Shown: positions 50,128 through 55,128 of the stretch, piece by piece
How positions within the stretch are numbered: position 1 is the stretch's first letter
How the letters are laid out: the number at the start of each line of letters is the position of its first letter
Virus record (IMG/VR): IMGVR_UViG_2728369181_000005
Reading direction: 5' to 3' (one strand)
DNA from: a virus
Lineage: Duplodnaviria; Heunggongvirae; Uroviricota; Caudoviricetes
Length of the DNA: 55,128 bases
Made by a program: the position numbers and the translations under genes
Notes under the pieces: generated by a model
Told to the model about the DNA's origin: nothing
Databases searched by the model: none
Seen by the model: only the letters and a program-made list of their open reading frames with translations

Positions 50128-52188
50128 ATGGCAGTACAGATTTCAGGTGTGCTGAAAGACGGTGCAGGAAAACCGATACAGAACTGCACCATTCAGCTCA
50201 AAGCAAAACGTAACAGCACCACAGTTGTGGTGAACACGGTGGCCTCAGAAAATCCGGATGAAGCCGGACGTTACAGCATGGATGTTGAGTATGGCCAGTA
50301 CAGCGTCGCCCTGCTGGTTGAAGGTTTTCCGCCTTCACATGCCGGGACCATCACCGTGTATGAGGATTCTAAGCCGGGGACATTGAATGATTTTCTGGGC
50401 GCTGCAACAGAAGATGATGTTTGTCCGGAGGCACTGTATCGTTTTGAAAAGATGGTGGAAGAGGCGGCACGCAACGCTGAAGCCGCCTCTCAGAGCGCAG
50501 CGGCAGCAAAGAAATCAGAAACAGCAGCGGCATCGTCCAGGAACGCGGCGAAAACATCAGAGACGAATGCAGGTAACAGCGCGAAAGCGGCAGCTTCTTC
50601 AAAAACAGCCGCACAAAACGCAGCAACAGCGGCAGAACGTTCAGAGACAAATGCCCGTGCGTCAGAAGAAGCCTCCGCAGACAGTGAAGAGGCTTCCCGC
50701 CGTAATGCAGAGTCAGCCGCTGAAAATGCCGGAGTCGCCACCACAAAAGCGCGGGAGGCCGCAGCAGACGCAACAAAGGCCGGGCAGAAAAAGGATGAGG
50801 CTCTGTCGGCAGCGACACGGGCTGAAAAGGCGGCAGACCGTGCAGAAGCCGCAGCGGAAGTGACGGCAGAGCCTTATGCGAATATAGTGCCGCCGCTGCC
50901 TGATGTGTGGATACCGTTTAACGATTCACTGGATATGATTGCGGGTTTTTCTCCGGGCTATAAAAAAATAGCTATTGGTGACGATGTGGTTCAGGTCGCC
51001 AGTGATAAACAGGTTAGTTTCACGCGCGCATCAACGGCAACCTATATCAACAAATCTGGTGAACTGAAAACAGCGGAAATTAATGAGCCGCGATTTGAGC
51101 GCGAAGGTCTGCTGATTGAGGGGCAAAGAACTAATTACATGCTGAATTCGGAAACTCCGGCCAGTTGGGGCAAGTCGGTAAATATGGATGTTCCCGAAAC
51201 CGGGAAGGATAGTTTTGGTTTTACCTATGGAAAGTTCGTCTGTAACGATTCTCTGATTGGGCAAACCTCAGCTATTAATATGGCATCAATTGCTGCAACA
51301 AAGTCAGTTGATGTCTCAGGCGATAATAAGTACGTGACAACCTCATGCCGTTTTAAAACAGAACGACAGGTAAGGTTACGTATACGGTTTGATAAGTATG
51401 ATGGTAGTGCAACAACTTTTCTTGGCGATGCGTACATTGATACGCAAACGCTTGAAATTAATATGACAGGTGGTGCTGCCGGCAGAATTACGGCACGAGT
51501 CAGGAAGGATAAGACCACAGGCTGGATTTTTGCAGAGGCAACGATTCAGGCAATTGATGGTGAGTTAAAAATAGGCTCTCAGATACAGTATTCTCCTGAG
51601 CGGGGTGGGGCAACAGTATCTGGTGACTATATTTATCTTGCCACCCCACAAGTAGAGAATGGGCCGTGTGTATCATCATTTATTATTTCAGGAGGCAGCG
51701 CAACGACAAGAGCCAGTGATTTGGTTAGTATCCCCACCAGAAATAATCTTTATAAGTTACCATTTACTTTTTCACTTGAGATTCATAAAAACTGGGATAT
51801 TGCACCAAACGCCGCACCCCGCGTGTGGGATATAGCAGCAGCCAATACCGGGCAATCAGCAATTGCAGCAATCAACAGAGGTAGTGGTAAGTTATATATG
51901 AGTCTGTCAAACCCTTCAGGCTCGTATGTTAATAGCGCAGCGACAGATGTATTTGCAGAGAAAACCACATTTGGATGTATTGCAAAAGCTGATGGTTACT
52001 TTCATGTGGTGACAAATGGTAAAGCGGTTAATGAAGTTTATTGTGAATATAATGGCGTGACCGCTGATAAAAATATCCGATTTGGAGGGCAGACGAATAC
52101 TGGAGAACGACATCTGTTTGGCCATATTCGCAATTTCCGCATATGGCATAAAGAATTAAATGACAGGCAATTAAAAGAGGTCGTATGA
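50128..52188 (+). CDS. stf: Side tail fibre protein (Stf-like)
   Basis: N-terminus MAVQISGVLKDGAGKPIQNCTIQLKAKRNSTTVVVNT... matches the conserved Stf N-terminal domain; Ala/Ser-rich repeat shaft; divergent C-terminus. Confidence 0.8.
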   Translation: MAVQISGVLKDGAGKPIQNCTIQLKAKRNSTTVVVNTVASENPDEAGRYSMDVEYGQYSVALLVEGFPPSHAGTITVYEDSKPGTLNDFLGAATEDDVCPEALYRFEKMVEEAARNAEAASQSAAAAKKSETAAASSRNAAKTSETNAGNSAKAAASSKTAAQNAATAAERSETNARASEEASADSEEASRRNAESAAENAGVATTKAREAAADATKAGQKKDEALSAATRAEKAADRAEAAAEVTAEPYANIVPPLPDVWIPFNDSLDMIAGFSPGYKKIAIGDDVVQVASDKQVSFTRASTATYINKSGELKTAEINEPRFEREGLLIEGQRTNYMLNSETPASWGKSVNMDVPETGKDSFGFTYGKFVCNDSLIGQTSAINMASIAATKSVDVSGDNKYVTTSCRFKTERQVRLRIRFDKYDGSATTFLGDAYIDTQTLEINMTGGAAGRITARVRKDKTTGWIFAEATIQAIDGELKIGSQIQYSPERGGATVSGDYIYLATPQVENGPCVSSFIISGGSATTRASDLVSIPTRNNLYKLPFTFSLEIHKNWDIAPNAAPRVWDIAAANTGQSAIAAINRGSGKLYMSLSNPSGSYVNSAATDVFAEKTTFGCIAKADGYFHVVTNGKAVNEVYCEYNGVTADKNIRFGGQTNTGERHLFGHIRNFRIWHKELNDRQLKEVV

Positions 52189-52463
52189 AAGATTTAACTT
52201 TGAAGTTTCATGACAAACTGCAGTTTAAGGCCTTCCTGTCATCTCTTGGCTGGGCGGAAGATGAAGACCTCCAGAATAAACTGTTAGTTGATGAAATTGG
52301 TTTCACCTACACAGAAACAGGGGTAACAGAAGAGGGAGAACCTGTCTGTATCCGGAATGATGGTTATTTTGTCAACATTCGCATTCTTGATGACTTGTTT
52401 GATGTTTCTGTATTCTCTGATTATGTCGTGGAGCTGGAAACACCGCTTCGGGAATGGAGCTGA
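52185..52463 (+). CDS. Hypothetical protein (in the tail-fibre assembly chaperone position, not Tfa-like)
   Basis: 92-codon acidic ORF overlapping the stf stop (ATGA). Confidence 0.4.
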   Translation: MKDLTLKFHDKLQFKAFLSSLGWAEDEDLQNKLLVDEIGFTYTETGVTEEGEPVCIRNDGYFVNIRILDDLFDVSVFSDYVVELETPLREWS

Positions 52464-52475
52464 AAGGAGGAAATA

Positions 52476-52769
52476 ATGGATATAAGCCCCTTACTTCATG
52501 CACTTTGTGCTGTGGCTGCGCAGATACTGGTTGGTCTTTTTACCGGAAACTGGGCTTACGGAGCGATAGCCGGTTGTACGTTCTTCATTGCGCGTGAACA
52601 TACCCAGGCAGAATATCGCTGGATTGAAATGTTCGGGCATGGCAAGCGAATGAATATGCCGTGGTGGGGCGGTTTTGATCCGCGTGCTTGGGATGTGGCA
52701 AGCCTGATGGATTTTGCTGTGCCGGTGGTGGCGTGTCTGCTGGTCTGGGTATTTATCCGTTCAACATAA
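52476..52769 (+). CDS. Hypothetical small membrane protein
   Basis: 97 aa with two hydrophobic segments (LCAVAAQILVGLF..., FAVPVVACLLVWVFI); SD AGGAGG upstream. Confidence 0.4.
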   Translation: MDISPLLHALCAVAAQILVGLFTGNWAYGAIAGCTFFIAREHTQAEYRWIEMFGHGKRMNMPWWGGFDPRAWDVASLMDFAVPVVACLLVWVFIRST

Positions 52770-53110
52770 AAAGTCGCAGCAACTTGTCATGGCGGAATAC
52801 TGCGGCTTGCTGGCGAACCTTTGATAGTTCGGGTATTGAATAATTTCCAGCCATTACTGATTTTATGTATTTTTTGCATGAGAGGATTTGCTCCTCCTTA
52901 CACCGAGCTTACATGATTACACGCTACTGTTTTAGGTGTGCTATGTGCCAGAAGTAGACATAGTTTTATCTTACTTTATGTACAATAAGCTAAGAACTTA
53001 CTTGCGCACTATTTCTGTTAGGTAGTATGAAAAAAATGGGAGTATATTCAATTAGGTATAAACAGGAGTTTCTGATGCATCAGACATATCTTGGATAATT
53101 GGATGTTGAT

Positions 53111-53137
53111 TGATCAGGGTTGCAGCAACCCTGATCA
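53111..53137. promoter_or_regulatory. Perfect 27-bp palindrome (candidate operator)
   Basis: TGATCAGGGTTGC-A-GCAACCCTGATCA, 13-bp arms, in the AT-rich region about 110 bp beyond the OLD-like gene stop; no adjacent U-tract. Confidence 0.4.
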
Positions 53138-53244
53138 GAAATTTCATATTGCTAAATTTAACTCTTATTAATTAATGGAACCATATCACTAATATCCAAT
53201 ATAATTGTAACTTTAAAAGTTACGATAATATAGATTTTAAATTT

Positions 53245-55128
53245 TTACTCCTGAATTCCTGGTAATACTTCCGGTATAATGGTAATTGGGTTTTGGGATG
53301 GGGAGATTTCAAATGGGAAAGTCGTACGCTCAAACAATGGTGAGACTATATCAACTTTAAGCTTAAGCTGTTGCTCAGTAGATTTATTCGTTAATTTGAA
53401 TACTGTTGCATCAACCCCGATGGTAGATCTAGCTAGTGTATCAAGTTCTTGATCGCTACTGTTCAATGTCATTTCAAGCATCACTGGTGTCAACATAGCA
53501 CCGAGCTTCATACGAAGGAGACGATCTTCATCGACAAACTGATTTGGAGCCGTATGATTTAAGGCATCATAAATATCATTATAACACATTGCAAGTTCTT
53601 TCTGAGTTTTAGCATCAAATCCAGCAGCTTCTAGTGCAGCACGATCTGGTTTTCCAGTTCCAATTTCTTCTATCGCCCCGTAATAGTTTTCAATTGCTCC
53701 TCGACGTAAAAAAAAGCACCCAAGATTACTTAATGCCTTCAAAAGCACATTGTATTTTCTACAAAGACTTTCGGCTCGAGAAGATGCTTCTGTACCAAAG
53801 CTTGTTGGATCAGTAAGAATACGAGCTAACGTCACGCGACGTTTGCTATCAGCCCCAGAATCTTTACTTGACCAATTAGGATAACTTTCAGCTGCTATCT
53901 CAACCTCTTCCTTAAAGTCAGTCATGAAGGTTGTAATTTCTGCACGCAAATCTCTGTCAAGATCAGCGAGACTTGTTCTTCCGACTTGGTCTGCAATCGC
54001 CCTAGCTTCTGTTAATCCACTGAAATAGTTGACTAAATTATTATCGTCAGCTAAGGCGTCGAGATCTGCAAGCAAACTAACTCGTTTATTCATCAAGCGA
54101 AACAGTTTGGCAGCTTCGATAAACTCTCCCTTACCAGTAACTGGAAGTATCTGAGCATTACGTGCAAGGAGACGGAGACCGAACTTTCTTGCAAGTTGTG
54201 TTACTATTATTTCATCACTAGGACCTTCGACTAATAAAACATGCTCAGCGAACATAGCTGTTCGATGGGTAGCGCTAAGGCGTGCTATTAATGCGGCCAG
54301 TTTTGTGCTGCAAAGAATATCTGCATTTTTTGGTATCTGAACTGGAGGTTGCTGTGCGGAGTTGAAAAAGATTATTTTTGATAACTCTTCAATTCGTCGC
54401 AGCGGTAGTATTGAAGGTGAATGTGTCGCTATGATTATCATTTTTTTCTTTGGATTTTGAGGATCACCGGCTACCAGTTCCATCTCTTCGAGCAGAAATG
54501 CTTGATGCTGTGGGTGTAGGGAGATTTCTGGCTCATCGATAATCAATGCACCTATTTCGTCATTATGAATTGCAGTTAGTAACGAGACAACCTGCAGTAT
54601 ACCGCTGGCTTCGTGATTAGCTGCGTAGCCATCGCCGCCAGTGACGGATGTTATTCTAATAGTCATTCCATTTTGAGACCACTTGAGCTCAACGCTTCGA
54701 TCAAACAACTGCTGTAGGCGTGCTTCAATCTTTAGTTTGAGGTCTGGTCTCTGGTCTAAGATCATTAAGTCACCAGTAACACTTTCATAATTCCACCATT
54801 GCTCAACGTAACTCGCGTTTCCAATAGCAGCATCGCTAGAATTGATGCCATAAGGAGAATCTGAGCTAGATCTATAGGATTCAAATGGACTACACCGTCC
54901 TGCCGAAAGAAAATGTACTTTTCTATTTTGTCCAATTATTCGGTTTTCACTCAATAATTTTGATTTTATTGCACGCAGTGCTCGGGTTTTACCACTACCA
55001 TTTGGCCCGACCATCGTTGTAATACCTGGTCCGACTTGTATTATCGCTTTTGTGGATGAATTATCGACTAATGAATATTCAACGTCCATCGGCCACATAA
55101 GGTCTTGATCTGCAGTATCTAAGCTCAT
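53245..55128 (-). CDS. OLD-family ATPase-Toprim nuclease (P2 Old / Gabija GajA / PARIS-like)
   Basis: 627 aa; Walker A GPNGSGKT near the N-terminus, LIIDEPEISLHPQ Walker B-like, then Toprim-like VLLVEGPSDE and DLDALADD; AT-rich; start codon sits exactly at the window edge. Confidence 0.7.
   Translation of the reverse strand: MSLDTADQDLMWPMDVEYSLVDNSSTKAIIQVGPGITTMVGPNGSGKTRALRAIKSKLLSENRIIGQNRKVHFLSAGRCSPFESYRSSSDSPYGINSSDAAIGNASYVEQWWNYESVTGDLMILDQRPDLKLKIEARLQQLFDRSVELKWSQNGMTIRITSVTGGDGYAANHEASGILQVVSLLTAIHNDEIGALIIDEPEISLHPQHQAFLLEEMELVAGDPQNPKKKMIIIATHSPSILPLRRIEELSKIIFFNSAQQPPVQIPKNADILCSTKLAALIARLSATHRTAMFAEHVLLVEGPSDEIIVTQLARKFGLRLLARNAQILPVTGKGEFIEAAKLFRLMNKRVSLLADLDALADDNNLVNYFSGLTEARAIADQVGRTSLADLDRDLRAEITTFMTDFKEEVEIAAESYPNWSSKDSGADSKRRVTLARILTDPTSFGTEASSRAESLCRKYNVLLKALSNLGCFFLRRGAIENYYGAIEEIGTGKPDRAALEAAGFDAKTQKELAMCYNDIYDALNHTAPNQFVDEDRLLRMKLGAMLTPVMLEMTLNSSDQELDTLARSTIGVDATVFKLTNKSTEQQLKLKVDIVSPLFERTTFPFEISPSQNPITIIPEVLPGIQE

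Noticed and set aside
50387-50863. Arg/Gln-rich 158-codon ORF in an alternative frame of the tail-fibre gene
   Set aside because: Low-complexity translation of the Ala/Ser-repeat coding region of stf in another frame; no independent support.
53245-55128. Calling the ATPase-Toprim gene a complete Gabija system
   Set aside because: No UvrD-like helicase gene follows it; downstream is 475 bp of non-coding DNA. Only a stand-alone OLD-type or fused PARIS-type protein can be supported from this window.

Overview
The window is one nearly complete lambda-like (lambdoid) prophage of an E. coli-type host, read left to right from int/xis to the side tail fibre. Many products match phage lambda proteins almost residue for residue (Exo, Bet, Gam, P, Ren, Nu1, A, W, B, C, D, E, FI, FII, Z, U, V, G, T, H, M, L, K); the nin/Q/lysis block instead resembles DLP12/phage-21-type genes and carries an OmpC-family porin. 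All calls are from reading the sequence and recalled protein families; no database search was run. Four accessory loci stand out. (1) An AT-rich two-gene operon (5556-7132, minus strand) sits exactly where lambda carries rexA-rexB, downstream of cI; it pairs a kinase-like protein with an unknown partner and is my best candidate for an undescribed abortive-infection/defence system. (2) A 10.7-kb P4/PICI-like satellite (27294-38016) is inserted inside the major capsid gene E with a 10-bp core duplication; it has its own integrase, primase, iterons, SSB, E-like capsid, D-like decoration protein, Nu1-like small terminase, variant cos site and an Abi/HEPN-like cargo gene. (3) An AT-rich cassette in the nin region (11.1-14.1 kb) is bracketed by ~115-bp direct repeats. 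(4) An OLD-family ATPase-Toprim gene lies at the right edge. The prophage looks defective: E is split and the I-J junction carries a deletion. Five N-runs are assembly gaps.
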